64,000 nucleotides of DNA from Orbicella franksi. Lineage: Eukaryota. Location: assembly GCA_964199315.1 (NCBI GenBank), contig OZ116705.1, positions 6,758,001 to 6,822,000 of the forward strand, read 5' to 3'. Of the stretch, positions 22,881 through 35,476 are shown one piece after another. Both the position numbers and the translations under genes were made by a program. The first letter of the stretch is position 1, and every line of letters begins with the position of its first letter. The notes beneath the pieces are model-generated. The model searched no databases, had not been told where the DNA came from, and was given only the letters and a program-made list of their open reading frames with translations.

Positions 22881-23065
22881 TAATAGAGCACTTTTTCCGT
22901 GTTTCCATAGCCTCATCTAAACACTTGGCGGGGGGGGGGAGAATTCTTGAAAGTTATGTAAATCCTCGACTGCGTCTCGGGTTTGCGTAACTGTGTCGAA
23001 TTCTCCCAACTCCTCGCGTGTTTAGATGAGGCTGAGCAAACACGGAAAAAGTGCTCTATTGCTTT
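22881..23065. repeat. Palindromic MITE-like repeat
   Basis: aatagagcactttttccgtgtttccatagcctcatctaaacac versus gtgtttagatgaggctgagcaaacacggaaaaagtgctctatt. Confidence 0.65.
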
Positions 23066-23529
23066 AAAAATGTTGTGAGAACATTTATCCCCTGGATAAG
23101 GAGGATGTTATACGGCGGTAGGAAGATATGAATTTCATTTTCGAAAGCAAAAACAACATTTTACCAACGAGTGTAGCGAGGGGGTTAAATATTGTTCTTG
23201 ATACGAGAAAATAAAATTCGTAACTTAAAGCCCCCGTACAATTTTCTTTTTATTATATGGACAAACTGATAATTAGTTTAAACAACCCAGAAGATGTGGG
23301 AAATCACGTCATCAATATCCTCACTAGCTAGTGAGGATATACGCCTCTTGGGTCTCGGATGTAGTTTACAAGTGGTGTATCTTCCAGTAAGACAGTCGTG
23401 TCCGTATAATTAAGTTGATTTATGCGGTGGATAGCTCATACATCCTTAGACAACTAAGCCCAGAAGGGTTTCTACTTGTGCAGACCAGTCGAAGGTTTTA
23501 ATTTGAAATCTTCTACTGATTATTGGACA

Positions 23530-23775
23530 CGCGGTGGCCTCATGGTTAGTGCGCTCGCCCCGGATCAAGCGGTCCGCGTTCGAGCTATAGGCTACTCTCA
23601 CAGTGCCTTAATGGGAAATGGATACCGGTACGTAAATTTAACACTGGGGGATTAAACTCCGATGGACTGACATCTCATCCTGGGGGGAGTAGAAATACCC
23701 CCGGTCGCTTCATGCTACAGAAACCGGAGATAAGCGCCGGTCTTATGGGCCACTTGGCTCGTATACCGACTTCAC
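23530..23775 (+). mobile_element. tRNA-headed SINE, degenerate copy
   Basis: gtggcctcatggttagtgcgctcg (A box), ggttcgag (B box) and tail gagtagaaata...gcttcatgctacagaaaccgg, shared with the copies at 33915, 35690 and 37425. Confidence 0.7.
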
Positions 23776-24654
23776 GTATTGATTTCTGGTCCCCGCCTCA
23801 GGTCTAGCCTTTGGATTTTTAAATACACAAAAAAACTTATGTTCGAGCCTTGGCCAGGGTCATTGTGCTGTGTTCTCCACTAATACACTCCACTCGTAAA
23901 GCACCTTTCTCGGGACACACAGGTGTATGCGCGGGTTATAGACCCAGCGTGAGGTCAACTTGAGAAGGCTGGATTATTGGCCAAGTTTCTTTATTTGCTT
24001 GTTTATGGAAGAAAAACAAAAACAAAAATAGAAAGGGAAAGGAGAGAAAGAACAAACCTGAGAAACGTATCGCAAAGTTAGAAATTTATTACGTACAAAA
24101 TTTAAAGAGCGGCATTAATCAAAAATAAAGCATTCTTTAAATGACAATCACTGGCTAATCTTTGAGTAATAGCTAGTTTTCGTCGAATATTTGGCTTTGT
24201 GATGCTAAAAAATACAAACCTATAATTATAACAATTTCAATCGTTTCTATTACTATTATTTTATTTATCTTTGGAGGTGAAGCAAAGATATTGTAATTAA
24301 CTAAGTAAAGATAGAAATGCATGGAAACAAGGCTGCTGAAGAAGCTGAAAAGAATTATAAAATATCTGGAATTTTGAATAATTTCTGTTCAGCTCGGACA
24401 AATCGTTTGACTCCACTGATTTTGATCAGGATAGCTATAGGTTTGAAAAAGGTCAGTGAATTTTTACTACCTAGATATTAACATGTATTTCTTTTCCTCA
24501 GCCTGGGCTAACACTTTTTTAAGATACCCCTTGCTTCTGTTTCGATATTGGTTCCTAGAGCAAAAGCTACTTAAATTTGTCTTCAATTTGATTCAAAACT
24601 GAAATTCATTTTAAAATATTATTTAATTTTAAGACTTAGTTACCAGCTATCAGA

Positions 24655-27501
24655 CTACCGGTTTCCTTCCACGTTTTGAATTGGTTCTTTTTCGTCGACA
24701 ATTTTTTCTTCCAGAGGAGTAGAAATCGTGGCCTGACTAGATTTATTTTCATATGCTGTCCCACCAGCTATATTAATGCTTCCACTTTCTACATCTTCTA
24801 CATTTATCCTTGCCTCCGGGCCCTCAGTTGCGTTCCGTTTTTCTTCGCGCATGCCCTCCGGTGAGTCCGCTGTATGTTTATCTGAGGCGCCCAGATATTT
24901 GCTAGATGGAAAATTGACTCTGAGTTCTTCTGAGGCAGTTAAAACTGACGTGATAATGGAGAAGAACATAGAGACTCCTAAAAGAACAACCACAGCTCGC
25001 AGAAGTTCCATTATGATGTTTCCAGGATCAGTGGGAGCTTGACCTGATAAAGAAGATTGACAGACAGCGATATATAATTTGCAAATAAACATTGATTACG
25101 GCCATATAAGTCGCTGTGGCCTAAAACTGGTTATGGCGAACTGGATTCCGGATCGAACGGTCCTGGACCAAGCCCTGGGCTAGGTCATTGTGTTGTGTTC
25201 TTGGACAAGGTACTTTACCCTTACAGTGCCTCACCCCACCCATATGACTTAGATTTTGCACTTGGCGGAGCGTTTCTTAAAGCCAACAGCCACAAAAGCC
25301 GCGTTGTGTAAATAGCCAAATGGTCAGCTTCCCACCATTTGGGATTCTTAATAGTTTATGTTCTAAAAATGAACGAGCAACCAGGATAAGACATGTTCAA
25401 AATTTAAAAAAACGTTCTCTGGTTAAAATAGTTTAAAATTACTAGAGCTTTCGTTTGCCAATCTGCAATCTTTGACTAATAGATTTCCAATTACTATTTG
25501 TCACAGATTGCAATCTGGCAATCGAAAGCTTTAGTTTATGTTCTTTTTGCAATATTTGTTTATTTATTTACAGTGTCCCCAATTAACACAACAGTACAAA
25601 ATACATTGGACACTTAAGTTTATTTCCCAAATAATTGAAATGTTAAAAATTAATTTTTGTACTCCTCACCTCCGTTCGGTACCAAGTCTCCAAATCCGAT
25701 TGTAGAAAAGGTGATAAAACAAAAATATACTCCTTCTAGAAAGTTCCATTGTTCTTTCTGCAAATAAAGAAACGCTCCCACAAAGAGCATAACTATAAGA
25801 ACAAGCAATGTCCACATTAGAGTTTTCGTTGCTACTTGCTGTGGTTCACGCTTGAGCAGTTTTGTCTCTACCAAAAAATGAACGTAGCTTATAAGATGAT
25901 TGACACGGTCCCCAATGTGTCGCAGTACCATGAGATTTAGAGGAATTCCAAATAAGGCGAAAACCATACAGAACACGCGGCCGCCAACGGTACTGGGAGC
26001 CAAGTGACCATAGCCTGTGGAAGAGAAGAGAGAGAAATGGGATCGAGCAAACAGTTATTTGAAGGATAGTTACAGTTGAACCCCATTATATTTCGAACTC
26101 TCGGAGGAAACGAGAAATAGCTCGAAATAGTGGGAGAGTTCGAAATAGCTGATAATTAATGACCGAAGATTAAATCCAAGGCAAATGCTTTTGAGTCTCA
26201 AATAACGGAACGTTCGATTTAGCGGGGTCCAACAATGTATAATTATCGTAATAAATCCAAAAGTTGGTCATGTGGACTATGAGAAGTTATTTTTTTATTC
26301 AATGGATATGCGAGCGAATAACTTGAAAGCTGAACAACTGCACATGTCCGTATAACGTGCCAACAGTTTTCGGTCGCGATGCAAGCGGTAATTCAACTTC
26401 AGTGATCTGTGCTTACTCAATGTTTTAGGATAGAAGAAAATGAAACTTTTAGTCTTGATGTGTTAATAATTTTCGCTGAGCTTTGATCTTTACAGTCTCG
26501 TTCTTTTTCAAAGCATGCTTGCATTACGCTATATTTCTACAATAACAACAGAATATTTGAATCCGCTAATCATTGGCGGGAGAATTTTGTTCACTACGGT
26601 GTGTGACTGGCCACCTAAAATAATATATTTATATCGAATTTCACAATGAATATTAACGTCGTTTTTAGCGTTCATATTTATTGTGGAATTTATTACTAAA
26701 TTTTCGCTCATTAGAATTTCAATCAAAAATAGATAAAATGGATTTACAAACAAATAAAAAGACGAGTAGAACATAGGTTAACAAAAATCGCCCTGTCGCC
26801 ATACTGATCATAATATTTAACGAACCATTTTAAAAACAATCACAATATAGTACACTGGAATAACGATTCCTCGAACTCTTGACTTTTCGAACCTCCCAAA
26901 GCTCGAACCAAAAGTTGTTTCCTAGATCCCCTCAATCAAACACGCTGATTTTTTTTCCCCCAAATAAAATCGGGATTCCACCATTCCAGATAAGCTTCAC
27001 TGCTCACAAATGTTTTCACCAAACAAAGACAATAAATGAATGAGATAAATTAATGTTTACTGATTTTGCTATCGCTAGAAGGCTAACTATAACAAAATCA
27101 CTTATTACCTAGATAGGTGCGGTATCAAGCTTTAGATTTCTTTATATATAAGACTGGCAAGTGAATAAGCCAGAGACCTTACCCACAGTTGTAACAACAC
27201 TCCATGTAAAATACACTGAAGCGTAGTATGTCCATCTGGAGGTACACCATTGATCTGGGTCGCCACCACAACGGTGCTTCACAGCATTTTCAACCTTCTC
27301 CACCAAGAAATCAAAATCGTCCGGTGTCATATTGTGCTTTTCCAAGAACAATTTCTTCACAGAATTCAACTGCTGTATCTCGAACTTATCATTTTCGTTT
27401 TCAAGCACTTGGAACACAACGGCGCCGGATAAAAGATAGATTCCTAGTAATGCTGCCAGACAGATTAGTCGCTTGGTGTCCGTCGTGAAATTAAGGGCCA
27501 T
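24655..27501 (-). CDS. Two-pore-domain potassium channel (K2P/KCNK family), 350 aa
   Basis: Exons 27501-27183, 26014-25670 and 25043-24655 (1053 nt, phases consistent). Pore 1 VTTVG|YG, pore 2 FSTIGFGD, FGIP in M2, four TM segments. Subfamily not assignable by eye. Confidence 0.92.
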
Positions 27502-27615
27502 AAGCCTTCCATTGCCTCGAAGTTTGAGGCTGGGACGTCAAGCCGTAAAATAGAAAACTATTTCATTATCCGTACCGCGGGGTCATTGAATGTGTTGGCG
27601 ATGTTCTGGCGCGAC

Positions 27616-27700
27616 TGCGCATGTGCAGTCTGTCATTTTCAACGCCTCTTACAATAAAGCACCAATTTTGCCTGGTACCTGTGAAAGCAAAATGGCGGGT
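27616..27700. promoter_or_regulatory. Candidate promoter motifs upstream of the K2P gene
   Basis: NRF1-like TGCGCATGTGCA (27616-27627) and YY1-like AAAATGGCGG near 27690, about 115-200 bp upstream of the ATG. Motif match only. Confidence 0.3.
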
Positions 27701-30446
27701 TGATCGAGGCGAAACGGAAGGCAAATAGACTTACAAGTAAAACGGTTTGAAATGATTATCGCTTTAAGTGAAAGATTCAGAGTCCAAGTCGTTGATATTC
27801 TTGACTGAACAAAAAATCGTTTTTCAATTTAATTCGTCTACAAAAAGGGCAAACTGCGTATGAAGGCTTCAGCACCAATGATTCCGTGTGCCATGTTCGG
27901 ACAATCATGTATTTAGTCGAATGCATGTTCCTGCGAACGTTATTTGTTTGCCTAGATGAGACGAATAAAATCGTGAGAGACTGAAAAATTTTAAACACTT
28001 CTGTGGATTTAAATTTTCTGTTTGGTAAGCTTATATTCCCATGCAGCAAAAATTTCAGACAAACTTTGAATTATTATCAAAGTAAAATTAACGTATTAAA
28101 TCCTCGCCACTGTATTTCTAAGCCACTAATGTACGCTGTCGTAAAAATTCTCCTCTACTGTTTACAAAATTTAAAAAAGGCTTTAAAGTGTGCAATCTAC
28201 TGCCGATTTAGCAGATACGAAATTTGCATGCGACATGCGTTTGCTGACATCACTGGCTACTTCATGCTTACAGACACGAACTGCTAAGTCTAAATTAAAT
28301 CAAACATGCTCCATTGACTGTCCTTAGGTACCATACGGACATAGGTTGACAAGATTTGTTTGGCTCTGCCAAAATGTCGACAAATTTTGTCTCCACCGAA
28401 CTCTGAATTTGGTAATCGCGTACGCACTTGAAAACACTAAAATATTTGATAACCACAGGTGTCAATCACGTTGAATGTATAGACTCTAAAAAGCGAGACC
28501 AAATTTACTTGATTTACATTTTCAATTAGATTAAAGCCTGCAAATTGTAAAATCTGACAGCTGGTTTTGACGCTTGACAAAAATTTGTCCTGCTCCGAGG
28601 CAGGACGACGGCGCTTTTGAAGGTTGGTACGGCTTTAGAAAATTTTGGTGGGAAGGAAAACACCGTACGCACTTGTAGAACGGAAGTGATGACAAATATT
28701 TTTACAAAATAAACAAAAACTCTCCTAGTGCGTACGAGCCCTTATCTAAGAAGACGGCAATACCTGTCAGGCGTAAACTACGTGTTAAATGTGCCCGTTG
28801 ACGTCAAAAAATATTCAAGAAAGAGGTTCGTTTCATAATTTTGTGGGCGCCAAATCGACTAAAAATACATTGTACAAGAGCAAGAATTTCGTTTGTTTTA
28901 TGCGTCTTCCAAACACAAAGTTCTCTACATGTAAAAAGGTCGGGATTTTTTCCTCTTTTTTATATGCGGCCGAAAATGAGGCCTAAGTTATACATGCATA
29001 CAACAGTTGTAGGGGGAAAACTCCATCCAGGAAAAAGTTTCACCCATGCTGTCAGTAAATACATTTTCAGTCATGCAAAGCTGATGACTATGTACAAAAC
29101 AAACTCCCAAGATGTAGGGTAATCTCTGATGACGTCTTGTTTACATTTTTCCTCATTTACATACGACTTTGCGCAGAGAAGGCAAAACGCTGGACACGAA
29201 TTGACCACAAACATTTAAGAGCTTGTGAAACTTGTAATTAGTGAAAGTTTTGGCTCTTTGGGTGTAATGTTCGAGGAGAAATTGGTTTTCAAAAACTGTA
29301 AATTTTGTGCGTGGCAAAAGCGCTATTATGAGGTTTAAAAGCCGCATTGCACAAAAAGCATTCAATACATTGCTCAAATTCCTTGGGACAGTAAATCACG
29401 AGCTAGAACGTTTTAGTTTTTGCCCAGTACTATCAGCTGTCCTACTGGACTGATACTTTAGAGATTTTGAACTCCACACGGTTTATTTTCAACACTTTTT
29501 CTGTGTTTGTCATTTTTGTTTTTTTTTTTGTATTTTGTTTTTTGTTTTTTTGTTGTTTTTTATATGTAATCGAAAATATTACAAATTTCATTTTAAAAAA
29601 AAAACGTTTTTCTGCTGCACTGTCTCACGATTATTGCAGGCTTGGGTACCATGGACAAAATATTAAATTCTCATCGCAGATTGCTATGCATTTCTTTAAA
29701 ACTGGTTCGGAGAATTTGGTAGTACATCAAAACGATCTCTTCAAGTTAATCATTTTTTTCTTATTCTCACCACCCATCTTCTTGAGAAATGAGATTTGAT
29801 CACTTTAATGTCACGGTTTACATCGTGGTGTGCGTCCGTTTTCAATCTTCTTGTGAAAGCATTCCCTGTACACTCTTTTTTTTATACAAGAATATGCTTT
29901 ATAAGGATATCGAGGCTGAAATTTACGAAATTTTACTGAGAATAATATTTTAAGAATAAACCCGAGGCTGGAATTGTCAAAAGAATATAATTTTGTGTTG
30001 AAAATTTGTAAATGTAACATTACTGTGTTTTTAACGATACCGTATAAAATTTTTCCTTTCTCAGCTCTAAACGGTAAAACTAGCCAAAAAAAAAACAAAA
30101 ATCAAAAACTAGCCGTATGTTCGATGCGAACAACATTTCTGTAAGAAGTTATGTGTGTCAGTCATATCTGGTTTTATTGCCTGTAAATTGGATCCAAAAT
30201 TACTTAACTTCAACGCCATCGCCAATCCCATGTACTGATAGGACAGATAATCTGACATTTTATCGGCATAGTCCACTCTGTATTACTATAATCTAACAAT
30301 ATTCACAAGAATATTTCGGCCCAAAATCGGCAGAAAAATGAGAATATTTAGCCTGCGCCGGAAAAGCAGTTTTCTGAAAAAAGAAAAAAGAGTGTATTTA
30401 TTTCTCGGATTTTGTAGCTTCGGACATCTTTGCAGAGGTCACGTTA

Positions 30447-31574
30447 TTAAAGTTTCGTGTCCCACACTTCACAATCAATATCGAAAACGTCTGTTGGATT
30501 ATCAATGCCCATACCAAAATCGTCGGGCAGATTTTCATCTGTGAACGTTTCAATGACTTGTCCATTTGTGGGACTAACCTTGGACCACTTTCGTAGCACT
30601 GCAGTAGTTTGCAAGGAGTTTGGAGTTTTTGGACTCCTTGGGGAAACTTCCACCGTGTCCTGCCTTCTGAGAAACAGAACTTTGAGCGAGCGTCGACATT
30701 GAGGAATGCGAAACGTGTACGTAAAGGGGTTACAGGCGGCGTTTATAAACAGAAAAGGTAGCGAAATGCGGCGACATGCCACGAGCCATTCCCCATTACA
30801 ATGTGAACAGTGGGCCTCAATTAGTGTCATTAAGTAATATGGCGAATGTGATAAAACAAGGAACAGGACTATTAAAATGGCAGTAAAGGCAAACTGTTTG
30901 TCGATGTCGATTCTCTTTTCAGCGGCGGCGGAAAAGGAACTGTCACTTGTGTCCGAGCTCATGGAACAAACTCGTTTTCTGTAGCCACGCAACACTCTGA
31001 GAAGGGCGAAGTTAAAAATCAACACTGCGATCAGTGGGAATGTCATATTCAAATGAAGCTGCAACACGGAATAAATTCCCTCAGGAATGCCAGTCAACTG
31101 GAGCAGGCAAAATACGAGTGAATATGCTACGATGCAAACTGCGCACAACAGCGTTTTTCTACCGCTTGCCGTGGCGCGGTAATAAAACGGCAGCGTTACG
31201 GCGATTAAGCGTTCTACCGAGAGGCCCATGACAAGCAAAGTGCCATTGTTTATGGAAAATAAACCAATGACACTTTCAAAGCTTCCAGTCACTGGTGTTC
31301 TTTCTTGAATTGTTTTGCAAGAGATTTCGTTGCGAATGTGTAAAGTCCCTATAACGCAACCGGTTAAGAAGTCTTGCACTGCCAGTGCTGCGATTAAAAC
31401 TGAAATTGGCTTTCGAAAGCAGCGTAGCGGGTCTTTGTACATCACATAAAGGAGAACACCATTAGCAACCATCGCCAACATGGACAATATTCCAGCCATT
31501 GCGGCAGAGCAAATACAGATTGCAAGCATTGAAGCCGTGTCCACTTCAAATCTCACAGATGAGGGAGATTTCAC
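30447..31574 (-). CDS. Class A GPCR, single exon (~360-375 aa)
   Basis: Seven TM segments: ANG in TM1, LAVQDFL in TM2, ERL in place of DRY, SHSPY in TM6, NPFTY in TM7. First ATG at 31529; the ORF track start is GTG. Confidence 0.92.
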   Translation of the reverse strand: MKSPSSVRFEVDTASMLAICICSAAMAGILSMLAMVANGVLLYVMYKDPLRCFRKPISVLIAALAVQDFLTGCVIGTLHIRNEISCKTIQERTPVTGSFESVIGLFSINNGTLLVMGLSVERLIAVTLPFYYRATASGRKTLLCAVCIVAYSLVFCLLQLTGIPEGIYSVLQLHLNMTFPLIAVLIFNFALLRVLRGYRKRVCSMSSDTSDSSFSAAAEKRIDIDKQFAFTAILIVLFLVLSHSPYYLMTLIEAHCSHCNGEWLVACRRISLPFLFINAACNPFTYTFRIPQCRRSLKVLFLRRQDTVEVSPRSPKTPNSLQTTAVLRKWSKVSPTNGQVIETFTDENLPDDFGMGIDNPTDVFDIDCEVWDTKL

Positions 31575-32602
31575 AATCTCGTAGTTTTCGTGCGCCGAGA
31601 GACGAATAGTAGCCGATGAAACAAGTGCGGTATTTCATCTAGACGTAATCATTTCATTTCCACTTGTGCTTGGTTCATTATTCTGCCACTGACGACAATA
31701 CATTAATTCAAAGTATTTCAAAATTTCAATTACACGTATTACTGAACAATTGGCCTGTGTTCCTGGCAATCAACACGCTCCGCTGAACTCGGTTTTGTTC
31801 TTCAATTTTCAAAAGATTGTTATGAATCATGTATCGATGATTACCTGCGAGACAAAGACAAAAACGTTCAGATATCAAGGCCGTTCATCACAAGGATTAA
31901 GGCGGCTCGGTGCGAAGATAGCAAAAATATAACGGTTGCTTGGTAAACCGTTAGAAACAATAGCCAAATTGTACTTATATTCAAAAGTACCGTCTTCTTG
32001 TTAGAAAGAAAACCATTTGTATGCAACGATATCGCGTGATGGTTCATTGGAAAAACATCAATCGCTTTTTCTCGTCAGCTTAATTACTGGTAACTTTTCA
32101 AAGATTTATTTGCGTGTCTCGGCGATTTGCATGACAGTAGATGTTACCACTTGAAAAAAACCAGGTGTGTAAACTGATACAAGTGATTGGTAAAACGGTT
32201 TGGAAAATTAAACCTCATAGACCTTCGTTAATGGTTCGTTAATAAGTCCCACACGCTTTCCTTTCTTTCTTTTTTTTATTATTTTTTTATCGGTAATCTA
32301 TAACACAACAATTAAGTTCCTCGGGGTGAACTACTGGTAAAAGAAACCATAACCAGACAGAGAAATTCAAGCCCCAAAAAAATAGAGATATTTGGAACAC
32401 AATTCAAAGACTTCGTTTTCCTAGAGAGAGCACTAGTGGGGCTTGTGGTACCCTAATGATGTTCAATCATGATAAAATCTTTCCGAAAATATCTATATAA
32501 ACTGTGGCGATTTTCCAGCAAAACGCTTTGTTATAATTCTGTAACTCTGTATCGCCAATCAGAATGCATGTCTGCTGATAGTCAACCGTGGCTTCTAGTG
32601 GA

Positions 32603-32806
32603 CAATGAGTAGTCCCTCTTTCGCTTAGTCCGTCTTGCGTTACGCGAAAGAAAACTGCAAGTGAAAAATTGGCCGCGCGAAATCCTCGGGCCAAGAAGCC
32701 ACGATCGCGCGCTTCTCGTCCCCAGGATTTCACGCGGCCATTTCCTCGCGGTTTATTTACGGTCTCGCTCGACGGACTAAGCGAAAGAGCGACTACTCGA
32801 AGTCTA
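32603..32806. repeat. MITE-like inverted repeat
   Basis: gagtagtccctctttcgcttagtccgtc versus gacggactaagcgaaagagcgactactc. Confidence 0.6.
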
Positions 32807-33051
32807 AGAAATGATCGGAAAGGTCACATTTAAATAAAACTTCATCGATGGTCATTTTGTTTCTCATACTTTGTACATTCGTTCAAGAAATTACATTACA
32901 TCGGACCATTATGAAATATTACAACAATCAGATTATTGTATACCATACATTGAGGTCAACAATAGATTTATCCATTAAATAGAGTCATATTAGATTAATA
33001 GAGTCATCATGTTCCACCAGATTATCAGAGCTAACTTTAAAAAAAATTTTT

Positions 33052-33303
33052 TTTTCAATTGAGTGTCGTAAAATCAAAATCAAAGTAATCACTCTAGCCA
33101 ATCACAAAGGACATAGACAACCCAACAAACCAATCAAAACTCGAAGTAAAGACACGTTTCTGACGCAAAGCCCGGGAAAAGGCGTGCAAGTGAGTCACGT
33201 TTGGTTTTGGTATTACTTCTGATTGGATTAAAAAGGGGCGAGTTTTCTAAGTCAATCATGAAGCGTAGAAAAACCAATTACTTTTTCGACACTCAAATGA
33301 AAA
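33052..33303. repeat. MITE-like inverted repeat
   Basis: tttcaattgagtgtcgtaaa...aaagtaat versus attactttttcgacactcaaatgaaa. Confidence 0.55.
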
Positions 33304-33914
33304 CCGCTCAAAAATAAATGTGTCCTAGTAAGAATTAATAATCGAACCAAAACCAGAGTAATTCTGGCCAATCAAAACACGCGCTAATAAAACTGCAGTG
33401 AATAAAATCAGAATTTAAAATGATGCGCGAGAGAATGTCACCTTTACTCCTGGTATTAAAATCAAAATTATTCTGAGTGCTATCGTACACCTATCCATAA
33501 TTCTTCATGGAAGAATTCGGCTGTTAAACGTTTTCTTTGAGTTGATCAGATCCTTCTAACTGCCTGTAGATTCTATATCTGCCCGTAGAAACTGTTTAAA
33601 CAATTTTTAACTAAAAGAAAGTTTAAGAAGTGAAACGCCCACAAGGGTTATATACCTAGATCTTACTTAGGTTATCAATTAACATTTGCACTGCGATGGG
33701 CAAATAAATAATCAGGGAAATAGAATCAGAACTAAAAAATTAACAAAAGCTGTACTTAAAGATACAAGGTGCATTCTAATCTGCTTTCTTCACTTTCTTT
33801 CTGGCGCCTTCTTTTGGATTCGAGTTTGTGGATTTCTGTTCTTCTCCATCTGTGATACAAACAAAACAGTGTTACACAACAAAACGAGGTAATTCAATTG
33901 ATTTAAACTATGCT

Positions 33915-34200
33915 TAGCGGAGGCGAGGTGGGCTCATGGTTAGTGTGCTTGTCTCCGGTTCGAGCCCTGGCCGGGGACATTGCATTGTATTCTTGGGCAA
34001 GACACTTTACTCTCACAGTGCCTCTCTCCACCCAGGTGCATAAATGGGTACCTGCGAATGTAATGCTGGGGGTAACCCTGCAATAAACTAGCATCCCCTG
34101 TAGGGGGGGGGGAGTAGAAATACCCCTAGTCACTTCATGCTACAGAAACTGGAGATAAGCGTCTGCCTGATGGGCCTCTTGGCTTGTATACAGATTTTAC
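33915..34200 (+). mobile_element. tRNA-headed SINE, near full length
   Basis: A/B boxes, central ttcttgggcaagacactttactctcacagtgcctctctccacccaggtg, and the tail shared with other copies. Confidence 0.8.
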
Positions 34201-34371
34201 TCTTTTTGTATTCCGAATGCACTTTTTCGTGGGCCTATTTTCAGGGAAGGGAATCTTCACCAATCAGGAAGAAATATTGTATACTAGAAATATTTTTTTT
34301 AACATGTACAAAATTATATTAACAGTTTTAGGCTTATAAATACTATTTGGATGCAATCTTATAATTAGCTC

Positions 34372-34507
34372 TTATTAACCGAGCTGGAGGTCTGTATGGG
34401 AGAATCTTGACCGAGGTTGTGAGTACAGACCGAACGCAGTGAGGTCTGTACACACGACCGAGGTCAAGATTCTCCCATACAGACCGACTTAGCTCGGTTA
34501 ATAAGAT
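34372..34507. repeat. Palindromic MITE-like repeat
   Basis: cttattaaccgagct...gtctgtatgggagaatcttgaccg versus cggtcaagattctcccatacagac...agctcggttaataag-like inverted arms. Confidence 0.65.
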
Positions 34508-35476
34508 GTTTATTATATGGCAAAGAAGAAAACTTTAATTCGTTTTTAATTTAATGTAACTGGTTTGCTGACAGTTTGCTTGCGAACGGCGATGAGCTTA
34601 ACTTAAACCCGCCGAAATTTGCTCGTCCTCTTTACTTTTTTTGTCATCAGGCTTTTTGGCACTTCCATAAATGATTGAGAAGAAAATAAAAGAAAATGGT
34701 GAACATTTTTGTATTTTAGTTTGCTACTTTTTCAACGCAAAATGGGACCGGTCTAGCTAGATGCCGGTCTAGATGGGAAAATCTAGACCGCGGTCAATAT
34801 CTATTTCAACCAGTCAAATTCGTGAATTCGGTAGTTCCCAGTCTTTGTGAGACACAGCCATATAATACGTCTACAATATATAGAGATTAGTACATGATGG
34901 GCGTGCATAGATATGGAATTTCTCTTCAAGTGTTCAACTTGATATCTCACAAGTGGTATATTTTCCAGAAAAGCACTCATGCCTACATAACAAAATATGA
35001 TATTAGCAAATCATTGGTTTATACTTTGCAGTGGTTATATTTATTCTGGAATTGTCTTCTGCAATGTTTAAGCTAAGGGGGTTATTTTCCAGAAGCATGG
35101 GGAGGGGAAAGGTTAATATTTTAAAAAATGTTAACTAAAGGCAACTGATTTGTCATCTAAAGTAACTAAAACAATTACCTTATACGAATTTCTACGCCTT
35201 TCAATAACCCAAGAACTCGGAAGTCCAAAAGTTAACTAACGATTGCTTTTTTTCTCTGCTGTCAATCAAACAAAAAAACAAACAAAAAGGATAGAAAATT
35301 ACCAATTGCAATTCACAAACTTGACCTTTTGAACCCATTAAAATAAAGCAAGCTTCTGCTTCCTGAGAGGTGTGCTAAAAGGATTGACGGCAACAACAGT
35401 GATTAACTGAGCAGAGTTCATGTATCATTGAAAGATGCAGTAAAGCTGCATGTGACACTTACTAAGTCTCTCTTAC

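Noticed and set aside
30447-31574. Second GPCR as an opsin
   Set aside because: The Lys296-equivalent position is Phe (PFLFINAACNPFTY).
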